A stretch of 64,000 bases of DNA from Eledone cirrhosa (GCA_964016885.1 OZ024743.1:53940001-54004000), one strand, 5' to 3'; shown: positions 40,865-54,981, counted from the stretch's first letter. Translations and numbers: made by a program. Notes: generated by a model from the sequence alone, not told the origin.

Positions 40865-42472
40865 GTGCGTAAGTACATATATGAGGGCAAATATATTTGT
40901 GTATGTGTGACCACAAATACGTATATAATATGAGTTGAAAAAGAAATTGTAAGATAATATAGTTAACACACATCCAGATACAGGTATTAAATATATACAC
41001 ATACGAGTATGAAAGCACGCGTATAAACACACACACACGCGCGATCACTTATATGCGGAAGATAAAGAGGGAAGGGAGTGTAATAGTAAAAAGAAGTGTC
41101 ATTCTCGATATATGTATAAAAATGAAACAATATATGAGAATGAAAAAAATGTTTTTAAATCAAATCTGGTTCACACCCCCCTACTCTTTAGCAGTTAAAA
41201 CTAATGTAGGCAAAAAATTCCTAGAGCTCTTAGATAAACATTTCCCTAGAACACATAGATACTATAAGATCTTCAATAGAAACTGTGTCAAAATTAGCTA
41301 CTCCTGCGGTCCCCCTATTAAATCTTATATCATCAATAAGAAAACACCAAGAGAACATCAAAATAGCTCCTGTAGAGTCAAAAGTGAATGCCCATTACAA
41401 GGTAAATGCAACACCAAAGCCATTGTATATGCGGCTAAAGTGACAACCATTAGCAACAACCTACCAGCCACCAGCGAACGATATGTGGGTATGACACAAG
41501 ACAAATTCAAAACGCGTTATTACTGACACGTCGCATCTTTCCGACATCCAGAAAAAAGATTTACAACAGCTTTGGCTAGCAGAATATGGGATTTGAAAGA
41601 TAAAGGTATCCAATATAAATTGGATTGGTCAATTTTGAACCAATCTAAAGAATATGCAAGAGGAACAAGAAGATGCACACTCTGCATAAGTGAAAAATAT
41701 TGGATTTTACAAAACCTTAAATCACCAAAAACCTGTCTAAACGCAAAAACAGAAATTTTCACCAGTTGCCCACACATGAAATCACACTTACTTTCCAGTT
41801 CATCTAAACTTAACTCACTTTCAGATACTTATCCTCCATACACTCTTGTTCTTCACTTTCCTTAAATTATCCTCTTTACAGACTTCTCTTTCTGATTTAC
41901 TTTCATTTTTAACTTTATTTTTAATTTTATTTTTATTTTTACTTTACATACACCAGTGAACCGCCCCCTACTTTTTGATTCACTTACCTAATATCTTCAC
42001 ATTCCACATTTTACTTCCCCATTTTCTTTCACTACCTGATAAGACATGTCACTTGCGTTTTCCACTCCAGATATATTCTGTTGTTTCCAGCCGATTTTAT
42101 ATTTGTACTCATTTATTCATACGGCCGGTTTATAATCTATATCTATGTGTGTATACGTTCTGTATATGTATACGAACGCCTCCGTATGTGTGCGTGCCTG
42201 CGTACGTATATATATGTGTGTGTATGTGTGTTTTTATATCTATGTTTTTTACATACTTATTTATACGTGTGTGTGTATGTGGGTGAATGTATGTGTATAT
42301 GTATGTATATGTATGTATATGTATATGTATGTATGGGTGTGTATGTATATATATACATATATATATATAGTCGCGTACGTACGTGTGATTAGATATACAT
42401 GTGGCGATATATATATATATACGTGCCTCGTGTGTATGTATGTACGCATGACGCGCTTTTGTCTGTACGTAT

Positions 42473-42526
<54 letters not shown>

Positions 42527-43187
42527 ACGTGCGTACCTATGTTTGTTTTCTTTTTTCTAGTGTTAATTGATATCCCCTCTCTCTTACTTTCTTTTGGATT
42601 TAAAAAAAAATTTTTTTTCATTCTCATATATTGTTTCATTTTTATACATATATCGAGAATGACACTTCTTTTTACTATTACACTCCCTTCCCTCTAATCT
42701 TCCGCATATAAGTGATCGCGCGCGTGTATGTGTGTTTATACGCGTGCTTTCATACTCGTATGTGTATATATTTAATACCTGTATCTGGATATGTGTTAAC
42801 TCTATTATCTTACAATTTCTTTTTCAACTCATATTATATACGTATTTGTGGTCACACATACACAAATATACTTGCCCTCATATATGTACTTACGCACACA
42901 TTTTCACCATACATATGCATATGTACATTTGTGAGTGTATATACATACATATACATAACCTAACTATATTTCCTTATTTTTTTATATATCTCTTGCATTA
43001 CTTTTATTTATATTTTTTTTTTGCCCGTTCTTTTTGCCCGTTTTTTGCCTTTCTTGAGGAGATTTTTCAAATATTTCACTATGTTTTAAATTGCCTTGTC
43101 CGATGAACGAATGAGGACGTTTTTCGTATTCGTCTTATTCTGGAAACCTCTGGTAATGAGGTAATTATATTGTATTGTTTATTATAC

Positions 43188-43190
<3 letters not shown>
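40865..43190 (+). mobile_element. Hydra-like PLE 3' fragment with inverted pLTR piece (40865-41160 versus 42597-42897)
   Basis: WFTPPYS, KISYSC, CPLQGKC, IVY..YVGMT, CTLC in 41161-41810. Confidence 0.85.
43089..43166 (+). ncRNA. Hammerhead variant at the PLE 3' end
   Basis: aattgccttgt-CCGATGA-[hairpin]-GAAA-cc-tct-gg-TA-atgaggtaatt. Confidence 0.55.
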
Positions 43191-43253
<63 letters not shown>

Positions 43254-43673
43254 CAGGCAGAAAGATGAGTGTGTAAGAACATATATATAACGCCGGCATT
43301 GCTATGATGTATCGCCACGACGTATAATGTTATAGTGTTATCAATATACATATCTCTGTATAAGTCTATCCATTTTCTAAACGTCTAGCGCTCTTTAGCA
43401 ACAGGAGGGAAATAATATAGGAATGATAAATAGTCAACTACGTCAAACATGAGATAATAATTATACTTTAATATTTCTCGTTGTGAGATTTAATTGAGAT
43501 AAATATATCATTTTCATAGAAATGTATTTACCCATACACATACACTATATAAAATATAACAGATAAACTCTCACACATCTACGTACATATGAACACAAAT
43601 ATACCTCCATACAATACACAAAGAATTACATGCATTCACACAGACATATATAATATGGGTGATTGTTGTCAAA

Positions 43674-43747
43674 GGCCGTTTAGTTCAATGGTTAGAGCAG
43701 TCAGCAGGTATCTGAATGATATGGAGTTCGAATCTTCAGAACGACCG
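43674..43747 (+). pseudogene. tRNA-like sequence (pseudo-tRNA or SINE head)
   Basis: A box tagttcaatgg, T arm tggag-ttcgaat-cttca, acceptor ggccgtt/aacgacc; lacks U33. Confidence 0.5.
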
Positions 43748-44029
43748 CTAGCCACTTATTTCCGATATATAAATGGACTTAATCTATTTATAGCAACCAA
43801 CTGTATTTCTAGTTATGTTTCTGCGCCTGAGTTTCTATATTTTCTCTGATATATATATATATAGGAGACCACTAATCATAGGAGTATTCAATGCATGGGG
43901 AGATGCAGAGTGGGTATAAAGATATGTAAAATCCCGAACGCAGCGCCAAGCGGTTCTGGCTCGTGTATACAGCAAGCCTTTCGATGAGTGTAGTCGTTGA
44001 AAAGACTTGCTTAACACACAACACCATGT

Positions 44030-44182
44030 ATAAACGCCCTGTTTAATACAGAAATGGCTTCTACAGGATTAGAACTGTTTCATTCGTATGAAATCACCGG
44101 GAATGAATTCCTGATGATTTCGTACGAATGAAACAGTTCTATTCCTTTAGAAACCATTTCTATATTAAATATGATGTTTAAA
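44030..44182. repeat. Foldback (~70-bp arms); another at ~44565-44719
   Basis: Reverse-complementary arms centred near 44105. Confidence 0.7.
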
Positions 44183-45084
44183 CTAAACTAATGTAGAGTA
44201 CCTTTTTAACTGTGGTTACCCCTGTTTTAACTCGGGGTCTACACACACATGCGCGGGCGCGAGTGCGTGCGTATACTATACTTGGTTGTAAATATTTCAA
44301 GTAGAAGTAATTCAATATTATTGTCAGAGTGAAATGTGTCTTTATACAGTTCGAATTTATACGTTGAAAGACTTTATATACCTGAGGGCGTTCATTTATC
44401 GACCCAATCCAATATTGTGATTCTTATGTCACAGTCTCCTACATATGGTGCAGGAGACATTATCTCCGTATTTCATTCGTACTATGTCTACTATGTGAAA
44501 TAGATATATGTACTATCTTTTCGATTTTCATAAATATTATATATATATATATTATTTATGAAATGTTAAGACAGGATTACCTTTACATAATTGTTTTATT
44601 GCATTATATATATTTGAATGCCTCATGAATACTGTTAATGATATAAATATTACATAACCATGTCATTGAAATATATATTATGCAATAAAACAATTATGCC
44701 AAAGCAGTGCTGTCTTAACAACAGTCCATAAATTGAAAATCCGTCACACCTAATCACCAACATTTCGCTGGGGATACACTACTGACGAGAAGTGCTTTTG
44801 GATTGCATAAACCTGTTTATATTCGTGGCGATACAACGTAACCTCCATGGATAAACACAGTCTTCCGTCTCCACGCTACTGATCTTGTCCAAGGGAAAGG
44901 CAATGACTGATACAACTTAGCACCAGTGACGTCGCAACTCATTTCTACAGCTGAGTGTCTTGCTTAAGAACATAACGCAAAGCCCGACTCGAGCATCGAA
45001 CTCTCAACCTCAGGATTGCAATCCCGATACTCTAACCACTTTGCTCATATAAAGTAAATAATAATTCATTATTCTAACTGATAA

Positions 45085-45305
45085 GGTTGGTGGATTGGCA
45101 GTAGCGGTAGAGGGTCGGACGCCATGCTTTGCGGCATAGAGTTACGCCCATTTATGATCTGAATTCAAATGACGCCGAATTTAACTTTGCCTTTCATCCT
45201 TACGGGGTCGATAAAATTAGGTACCCGTCACGCACTGGGCTCGATTTAATCGACTTTCCCCCTACCTCAAAATTGCTGGCCTTGTGCCTATATAAGAAAC
45301 CATTA
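45085..45305 (+). mobile_element. tRNA-derived SINE, long variant
   Basis: Family head and core plus ctcgatttaatcgactttccc segment. Confidence 0.8.
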
Positions 45306-45474
45306 TTCTAACTGATATATGTTCCATATGTTTTTTTGTACAAGATATCTAAATTGTGCCAATAACAATATTTGTTAGTTCCATCTGGGAATTTTAGCCC
45401 TTTTACATTGAGGGTTTTTGATCAGCAAGTCGATATATTGTTTATATGCCGTTATGCCGTCACTTTCATTATAT

Positions 45475-46208
45475 ATATATTTATATATTGTTATACTTTG
45501 GGAGGGTCATGTTGCCAATAAAAACACGCACCTGTTGTTTTCACTTCAATCTATTATAAATTTCCGGTTGGTTGTTTGGTTCGATAACTGGAAGGTCGTT
45601 TATATATTGTCAAAGCTCTTTCGTCACACATTCTGTGACCTCCTCGGTGACTAGGTTTTTATTTTGTGTCTCTTCTTTGTTCTGTCCTGCACCATCTTGT
45701 TTTTGTGTGTTGTGTGTTGTGTGCTTAGTTTGCACATGTGTTACATCCGGGTTTGTGTGTGGGTTTGTGTTTATTTATTCATTTATGTGTTTATTTACTT
45801 GTCACTAGTTGGTTGTTTGTTCTATCTGTGTGTGTCTGATTTGTTTTGTTAGTTTGGCTTTTCTGTATGTCTGTATGTCTTCATTTTGTCCTCAATTACT
45901 AGTTGTGATGTTGCTATTCCACTCATGTTTTCTGTTTAACTTGACTTGGAGTTCGTTTATGTTTGTCACCTCTGTGATTTGTCTGAGTATTGCATCTTTT
46001 CTGCGTGTAGATATAATTTTTATTTTTATATTTTCTAATGTGTCCCTATGTTCTATTTTGGCATATTGTTGGAGTACTGATGTGATTTTTCCATCCTGGA
46101 GTTCTCCTGGAGTATATATATATATACCCCAGGAGAATTCCAGGATGGAAAAATCACATCAGTACTCTAACAACATGCCAAAATAGAACATAGGGACACA
46201 TTAGAATA
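45475..46208 (-). mobile_element. Naiad-like PLE 3' fragment with short inversion (46128-46208)
   Basis: Homologous to 3040-3550; HHR motif at 45608-45652. Confidence 0.78.
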
Positions 46209-46388
46209 TATATATATATGTATCGCCTCTTTATCATCTTTTCTTTCCCTCATAGCTTGTTGATAATACGTTATTGACGCGCTACGGATAGATGTATTGC
46301 CTATAATGCGCTGAAACATCCGTCACCCGTAGTAGACAACTGATGAAGGAAAAATGTCTATCTCTTGTTTGTTCCCTTAACTTTGTAA

Positions 46389-46433
<45 letters not shown>

Positions 46434-46777
46434 TGTGTGTGTGTGAGTGCGCGCGATCGCGCGAGTGTGTGTGTGTGTGCGTGTATGTGTACATATAAAT
46501 GAGTTCTTGTTGGGGCGAGTTTTCACAAAATTGTATTGATTCTTTTCAAAGAAAGTAGATCCATTTTTGTGTCAGCCAAAATATGACAGGCAGACACCAG
46601 TGTAATATGGAAAACAGGCAAGCTATAAACAACCATATACACTAAAACAAACAACAACAAGAGCAACAAAAGCAGCAGCATTAGTAACAAGAGCAACGAC
46701 AATAAACTTTCTTTAGTTGAAAGTGGTGCAGTTTGTGTTTAATTTATAGCCCATGTTTTGTTCTACAGCTGTTGCTG

Positions 46778-46835
<58 letters not shown>

Positions 46836-47479
46836 TACGATCAACAGGGAAGGACAGACAATCTAGTTTATTATTCAAGTATTATTTATTCCCCCCCCCC
46901 CAATCTTCCCCACCTTTAAAAAAATAAAACCAAACAACCAAAACAACACCAAACAAAAGAAAGGTTAAGAAAAAAATTTCCCATATGTAGATTTATTTCA
47001 TGAAAATAATAATACTAGTAATGCTAATAAAAATACCTCAAATAAACTGAAAACTACTACTACTACTACTTTTACTACTAACATTAATAGTAAAAATAAT
47101 TCGTAATCATCATAAATTTATTGCAAGAATTCGAATGGTTTTATTCGCATCTTTAATGATTTATTAATGTTGTTAGGTAAAGTTCAACACTTGAGTGAGG
47201 GTGTGGTGAGTGTAAGATTTGAATGATAAGGGCATGAAGAAGAACAAGGAGGAGAACAAGAAAAGAATAACAAGAAGAAAAAGGAAGAGGATGACGACGA
47301 GGTTATGGCAAATAAACGGAAAGCGAGAAAAATTGATTTGAAATACTTCTGTATTGCCCACAGATTGATCCACATTGCTGATGTATGTATGTATGTATTT
47401 ATGTATGTATGTAGATATGTAGATATACAGGCATATATGAGGGGGTGTTTGTTTACGTGCATTAAGTTTGAGAAGAATC

Positions 47480-47520
<41 letters not shown>

Positions 47521-47664
47521 AAATATCAGTTGTAAACTATATACAATTTATTAGGGGCGATCAATGACATAAATTGTAATAAACTATATAGTTTGGCGTT
47601 CTTATTTCATTTAAACACACACACATACACACACACGCACACACACGCACACACACGCCCCCCC

Positions 47665-47701
<37 letters not shown>

Positions 47702-48690
47702 AAGTACATTCAGTTTAATTTGTCTTAAAGATTTTTCCTATCTCCGTATTAAACGTATATTTTATTTAGATTTGAACAATAGTTTCCCTGCGTCCAATAC
47801 GGTCTCTGCCAAGAAAGATGGCAGTGGTGTATTGTGCATGTTTTGTAGTTGACTGTAAAAGTATATGTGAATTATATTTTAACTGATAAAATCATAACCA
47901 CCGGAGTTAAATTATTTAGTACTTAACTACTAGTTACCTCCATTTTCTTAGCTTCAAATAACAGGAGGAAGTGACATTGGCAAGACATGAAAGGAGCATT
48001 TTAACTACATCACATTAAAGATTAAAGTCTTTACCCTTATACCACACATTTTCTCAACATTGTATTCACTAATACAGCTACCATAACATTTAAATTAACA
48101 AACCACACGGAACCACATTAGCCATACATTCTTCAAACGTATAAAACGTCACTATAACTCGATCGAATGAATTTTCGCAACAATTTGTCCTTAAGTAAAG
48201 AAAGTATGAAAATTTGAATTCACAAACACAAACCAGTTTCTAGATGTTTTCTGCTGAATAATTATAGAATGTTAACGTGTGCTTTATCACTGGATTACAT
48301 TTTTGTTTGTATTTTGCTATAGATAAAGATCCAATATTTATTCTAATTTTTTTTTTTGTGTCTGTGAAATTCTACGTAGGATGGTTGTATTGATAACTAA
48401 TACTTTCCTATACTGTTTTGATTTTTGTAATCTGGTTTGATGTGCTGCAACTGATGTTTGTTTTAAATGCAGAGGAAACTTACCAGAAAACGTCGGACCT
48501 GCGTATCCGATCTAACAGTTTAAGTAGTGAAGAGTACGATTTACACATATTCACGTTGTTTGAAATTCGTTCATTACAGCCCTATAAGCTAAAACTTAGG
48601 GCCACACACTCTCGGGGCCTTATTTTTAAAATAATGTTTTTGTTATAAGTTTTTATTCTTTAACACCAAATCATCAAAAAATATTATATG

Positions 48691-48727
<37 letters not shown>

Positions 48728-48844
48728 ATGTGTGTGTGTGTGTGTGTGCATACTTATGTAGATTTATATATATGTATATATGTAGATTTATATATATGTA
48801 TATATGTAGATTTATATATATGTATATATGTATATATATATATG

Positions 48845-48878
<34 letters not shown>

Positions 48879-48905
48879 TGTATATATATGTATATATATG
48901 TATAC

Positions 48906-48937
<32 letters not shown>

Positions 48938-48998
48938 GTATACATATATACATATAAGAATCCAACATTTATAATTTTCAACAGACAAAACGAGTGCT

Positions 48999-49044
48999 AA
49001 GCTCTGATGATTACCAACAGTATGAAACAAAGATCTGTCAGCTT
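48999..49044 (+). ncRNA. Type I hammerhead in a ~195-bp insert between microsatellites
   Basis: aagct-CTGATGA-t-tac-caaca-gta-t-GAAA-ca-aagatc-tg-TC-agctt; outer pairing ttttcaac/gttgaaaa. Confidence 0.7.
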
Positions 49045-49152
49045 TGTTCGTTGAAAAAAGAAGTAAGTGACATGGTCACTACTTTAAAACAATAGCGTAA
49101 GGTCTTCAAAATGTTTTTAATTAAGCATACAGTATATTGTCAAATATACTAT

Positions 49153-49232
<80 letters not shown>

Positions 49233-49417
49233 ATTAGAAAGTGAGGTTTTTTTTACAAAATGAAAAATCACACGAGTGAAAGTATAAAGAAAAAAAAGAT
49301 GAAATCGAAAATGCAACTGGAGTCTTATTCAAAAAAATATATATATATATTTATTTGCTTCCTTTACGGGTTTCGCAGTTCTGCTTCTCAAAAGTAGAGT
49401 TGAGATGGAGGGTCTGT

Positions 49418-49460
<43 letters not shown>

Positions 49461-49679
49461 ATATATATATTGATATATATATATAGTGCGTGTGTGTTAT
49501 TTATTCTTTATCATTAGCATTTATAAAAAAATATATTTTTAGAGAAAGGTTACAAATTTAATATAGTTTAGGGCCTCAGCAGGTGAAAGTCCGATCCGAT
49601 CCTGATTCATTTCTTTGCAGTTTTTGGTTTTGTGTTGATAGGTTTGATGCCGTGTGCTGCATAACTGGAATGAGAATCT

Positions 49680-49975
49680 CGACCTCTCAAGGAAGCCTGT
49701 GCAGTGCACTTTACATGTAAATGGAGTTCCATTGAAGCAAGTGGAGGAGTTCAAGCATCTCGGAGCCGTGTTCACGAGTGATGGAAGGCAGGCAGCTGAA
49801 TTAAGTGCAAGAATTGCAGGAGCTGCTGCCGTAACGCGCCAGCTTCAGAATTCAGTAATCAGAAGAAGGGAGGTAGGCGTAAAAGCTAAACTCGCTATCT
49901 TCAATTCGGCATTCGTGCCAACTCTTATCTCTGATCATGAATCTTGGGTAATAACCAAAAGAATACGATCGCCAA
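49680..49975 (+). pseudogene. RTE (Expander/Rex3-like) RT C-terminal fragment
   Basis: LKQVEEFKHLGAVFTSDG...AKLAIFNSAFVPTL...ESW. Confidence 0.75.
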
Positions 49976-50690
49976 TAGATCAGGAATATGGGGGCGAAGA
50001 AGAAGAGATATGTTAACAAAAGATCAAACTCTCCTCTGAATCTGGTTTTTGTAAATCACCATGACACCACAAAAAACCCTCGAGTTAGTCCATAAGATCA
50101 CCACGTGAGATTTCAGCATAACTTTCAAAGCCACTTGACTTTTTTCTTTCATTTCTTGTATACTTTTGGTGTTAGGTCACCCCCATTACAGCATTTACGA
50201 CTCACTCTTTGAATCATTTTCTCTGAATCAATCTTGTGTCCAAGCCCCCAGGACAATTCAGTTGCTCAGATTTTAAGCAACTGGAAGTTTGAAATAAGAG
50301 ATAGATAGATAGAAAGATAGTTAGATAGATAGAAAGATAGATAGATAGATAGATAGCAGCAGCAACCATGACACGAAACTATACACGTCAACTTGTATTG
50401 TCATTTTTTTAAAAAAACATTGGGAGTTTGAGAGCGTATTGCTGAATGCTGAAGTGGGACTACCTATTGCTCTATATCAGCTACAAATTGCCAAGACCAT
50501 AAAACAGTTTTGACTGTCCAGGAGGGATATAGACACACACTTTCAAACATACATAAACACAGACACACACACACATACACCCCCACACACACACACATAC
50601 TATCTCTCTGGATATATGTAGGTACAATAGAAACAAGATATTCTTAGTGCAAAACATTGTTATATAATACTTTACGTTTTGCTAACACAT

Positions 50691-50732
<42 letters not shown>

Positions 50733-50751
50733 TATCTTTAATTTTTTTTCA

Positions 50752-50927
50752 CAGTAACGGTAGAGGGTTGGACGCCATGCTTTCTAGCATAGTTACGTCC
50801 CTTTACAGTCTGAGTTCAAATCCCACCGAGGTTAACTTTGCCTTTCATCCTTACGGGGTCGATAAAATAAAGTACCAGTAATGTACTGGGTAATTGCTGG
50901 CCTTGTGCCTAAAGTAGAAACAATTAT
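50752..50927 (+). mobile_element. tRNA-derived SINE; a partial inverted copy lies at 51188-51310
   Basis: Family core. Confidence 0.85.
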
Positions 50928-51308
50928 TTACTTTGTCCTTTTTTTTCTTTGACAAGCTGGGCTTTCCTGAGCAACATCAATAATAATAACAACAACAACG
51001 ACTTTTATTTATCAAAAGGGGGCCGAATGAGGTGATATTACAAAAGCAAATTATATAAAGTGTGGTGGTTTACATAGAAATCGGATGGGGAAAAAGAAAA
51101 TTATATTATACATACACACACGCACATATACATACATACATACAAATATATATATATATATATGAATATATATATATATATAGATGAATAATTGTTTCTA
51201 CTTTAGACACAAGGCCAGCAATTACCCACTGCATTACTGGTACTTTATTTTATCGACCCCGTAAGGATGAAAGGCAAAGTCAACCTCGGCGGGATTTGAA
51301 CTCAGATC

Positions 51309-51383
<75 letters not shown>

Positions 51384-51549
51384 TAATAACTACCAAAAAG
51401 CTCACATGCCAACACAAGAGCAAGAATGAGGGGCTCATTCTACTGACATGGCTTAAAAGAAAATGTTTGCATAGCTGCAAACAAATCGAATATTATTATT
51501 AATATTCGAAAAACTCAGATTACATTTATACACAAATATATATATATAT

Positions 51550-54500
51550 AGTTTTGCGAGGTTTTTTATATGAAATCGTGTGTCGAAACAGATATTGTTA
51601 TATTTGGGGAGGGTCATATTTGCGTAATATTGCCAGAATTAATAACAGAACACACTCACTGTTTGGTTGGTTTTCGCTTCTCGCTGTCTTTTATATATAT
51701 ATATCTGCGATCTAACTTACTCGGTCCTCAATGTTGCCATTGACTGACCGGCGGTCAAAAATAATACAGATACAATATAGACAAACACATATATATATAG
51801 TTTACATAATTTACATAAATCTTTCGTTGCACATCTGCAACATCGTCAGTGGTGTTATATTCATTGTTCCTCCTTTTGTGTTGTATGTCTACGCCAAAAA
51901 AAAAAAAAAAAAAAAAAAATAAAAAAATGGCGTAGACATACAACACAACAGGAGGAACAATGAATATAACACCACTGACGATGTTGCAGATGTGCAACGA
52001 AAGATTTATGTAAATTATGTAAACTATATATATATGTGTTTGTCTATATTGTATCTGTATTATTTTTGACCGCCGGTCAGTCAATGGCAACATTGAGGAC
52101 CGAGTAAGTTAGATCGCAGATATATATATATAAAAGACAGCGAGAAGCGAAAACCAACCAAACAGTGAGTGTGTTCTGTTATTAATTCTGGCAATATTAC
52201 GCAAATATGACCCTCCCCAAATATAACAATATATATATATATAAATTGTTATACTTGGGGAGGGACATATTTGTGTAATATTGCCAGAATTAATAACAGA
52301 ACACAGTCACTGTTTGCTTGGTTTTCGCTTCTGTGTCTTTTATATCGGTTAATTTATCGGTTAATATATTCGGTCCTCAATGTTATGATTGACTGACCAA
52401 CGGTCAAAAATACAGATACAATATAGACACAAACACATATATATAGTCTATCAAAGTTCTTTCGTTGCACATCTGCAACATCGTCAGTGTTGCTATTATG
52501 TTTCCTCCCGTTGCATTGTATGTTTACGCCATCTTTATTTAGTCTGTTTATTTATTTATTTATTTGTCTTCTCTGCGCATGCGTTTGCGTATAGTGTTTT
52601 GTTTGATGTGTGTTCTTGTTTGGTGACTGTGTATTGGTTAATGTATTCTATCTTAGTTTACTAGTGTGTGTTTATATGTGTTTGTTGTTATTGTGCTTGT
52701 GTATGTATATATCTATTTATTTATTTATTTATCTATCTATCTATTTATACTTCTCTTAGGTCAGTGTTGTTTGTTTGGGTGTGGTTGTTATTCCATTCAT
52801 TTTTTCTGTTTAGCCTTGGCCTTCTAAGTCCTATTTCGCTGGCCTCTCTGATTTGCCTATCTGCTGGGTCATTTCTATGTTTAGATATTATTCTAATTTG
52901 TATGTTGTCTATGTTACAGTTGTGTTGTTGTCTGGCATGTTCGTATAGTACTGAACCGTTTTTTCGTCCTTTTAGTTCCCCCCCAGTGTTGGTCTATCCT
53001 TTCACCTATGCTACGAGCTGTCTCGCCTATGTATGTTGTTGTCATGTTTCTGCAAGTACCCTCTGTAGATCTTATGCTATAGACTACCTTTCTAGTTTTA
53101 CAGTTTATCCGGGGGTTTACTCTACATTCTCGTTGAACTTGAATATACACCAGAGTATAACTGTAACTCGAGAGAGTCCAAATTCTCCACTCACACTATG
53201 CTAAACCCATGGCCTACAAATACCTGATACTCAAAAACTCAGCAATGTCCAGTAGTGCTAAGTTTAATATTCTGATCGCAGACTTGGTACGAGTGATGAA
53301 GAACGTGCCCCGCATGTGCGACCCAACAGAAATGGAAAGACACATCCAACACTTCATCAACCGCATGCAGTTCTCTGGCTACAACCAAAGAGACAGAATC
53401 AGAGTATACGAAGGAGCCACGGAGAAGTCTAAGACCCTCATAGAACTGGACATGAAAGGAATTTTCCCATTCTGCAGGAGCAAATCATGGAATAGCTTAG
53501 ATAGGATTATACATAAGATAGGGAAAGCCACCTCATGGTACGACAACCAGAGATACCAGAGTGTCATGTTTCTGGACGCTACCCCTGGAGGGAAATTAGC
53601 TAACCAGTGTAGAAAGGCCCTGAGGAAGACCCACTTAAAGATTAAGGTGGTAGAAAAGCCAGGAACCACCATAAAATCCCTGATCAGCAAGACCTACCCT
53701 TTTAAGAAAACCCACTGTACTAATAGGAAATGTATCATATGTAGAGTAAAGCCCCGGATAAACTGTAAACTAGAAACGTAGTCTATAGCATAAGATGAAC
53801 AGAGGGTACTTGCAGAAACATGACAACAACATACATAGGCGAAACAGCTCGTAGCATAGGTGAAAGGATAGACCAACACTGGGGGAACTAAAAGGACGAA
53901 AAAACGGTTCAGTACTATACGAACATGCAAGACAACAACACAACGGTAACATAGACAACATAGAAGTTAGAATAATATCTAAACATAGAAATGACCCAGC
54001 AGATAGGCAAATCAGAGAGGCCAGCGAAATAGAACTTAGAAGGCCAAGGCTAAACAGAAAAAATGAATGGAATAACAACCACACCCAAACAAACAACACT
54101 GACCTAAGAGAAGTATAAATAGATAGATAGATAAATAAATAAATAGATAAATACATACACAAGCGCAATAACAACAAACACATATAAACACACACTAGTA
54201 AACTAAGATAGAATACATTAACCAATACACAGTCACCAAACAAGAACACACAACAAACAAAACACTATACGCAAACGCATGCGCAAAGAAGACAAAAAAA
54301 TAAAAAAATAAATAAATAAATAAACAGACTAAATAAAGATGGCGTAAACATACAATGCACGGGAGGAGACATAATAGCAACACTGACGATGTTGCAGATG
54401 TGCAACGAATGAACTTTGATAGACTATATATATGTGTTTGTGTCTATATTATATGTGTATTTTTGACCGTTGGTCAGTCAATGGCAATATTGAGGACCGA

Positions 54501-54665
54501 ATAAATTAAATTAAATTAACCGATATATAAGAGACAGAATCGAAAACCAACCAAACAGTGAGTGTGTTCTGTTATTAATTCTGGCAATATTACACAAATA
54601 TGACCCTCCCCAAGTATAACAATGCTTGTTTCGACACACGATCTCATATAAAAAACCTCGCAAAA

Positions 54666-54670
<5 letters not shown>
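51550..54670. mobile_element. Compound Naiad-like PLE locus: pLTR palindrome (51593-52231), inverted 3' end (52245-53120) and direct RT-thumb/GIY-YIG/pLTR (53170-54670)
   Basis: ORF 53209..53781 matches the end of ORF 3964..5274; four HHR motifs. Confidence 0.85.
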
Positions 54671-54704
<34 letters not shown>

Positions 54705-54705
<1 letters not shown>

Positions 54706-54842
54706 TAATAATAAGTGTTTCTACTTTTGGCACAAGGCCAGCAATTACCCAGTACATTACTGGTACTTTATTTTATCGACCCCGTAAGGATGAAATGCAA
54801 AGTTAACCTCGGCGGGATTTGAACTCAGACCGTAAAGGGACG
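54705..54842 (-). mobile_element. tRNA-derived SINE, 5'-truncated
   Basis: Family core. Confidence 0.8.
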
Positions 54843-54981
54843 TTTAATGATACTATTTATAATTATGTATACACTATATACAACTATAAACAGGAAAGGT
54901 CAGTAATTTATTACTACCTTATCACCAGTAAGAAAATAGCTCAATGTAAATACATCAGATGTTTTACAGAGCAGGAATATA

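Noticed and set aside
44101-44145. CUGAUGA...GAAA motif in a foldback
   Set aside because: No stem I can be formed
48473-48545. Possible host exon after a pyrimidine tract and CAG
   Set aside because: No convincing donor site or recognisable peptide
53796-53798. In-frame TGA at a GIY-YIG cysteine, recalling selenocysteine-coding Naiad PLEs
   Set aside because: Sibling copies have TGT (~40101) and TCT (~53068), this copy is frameshifted, and no SECIS was identified; decay is more likely
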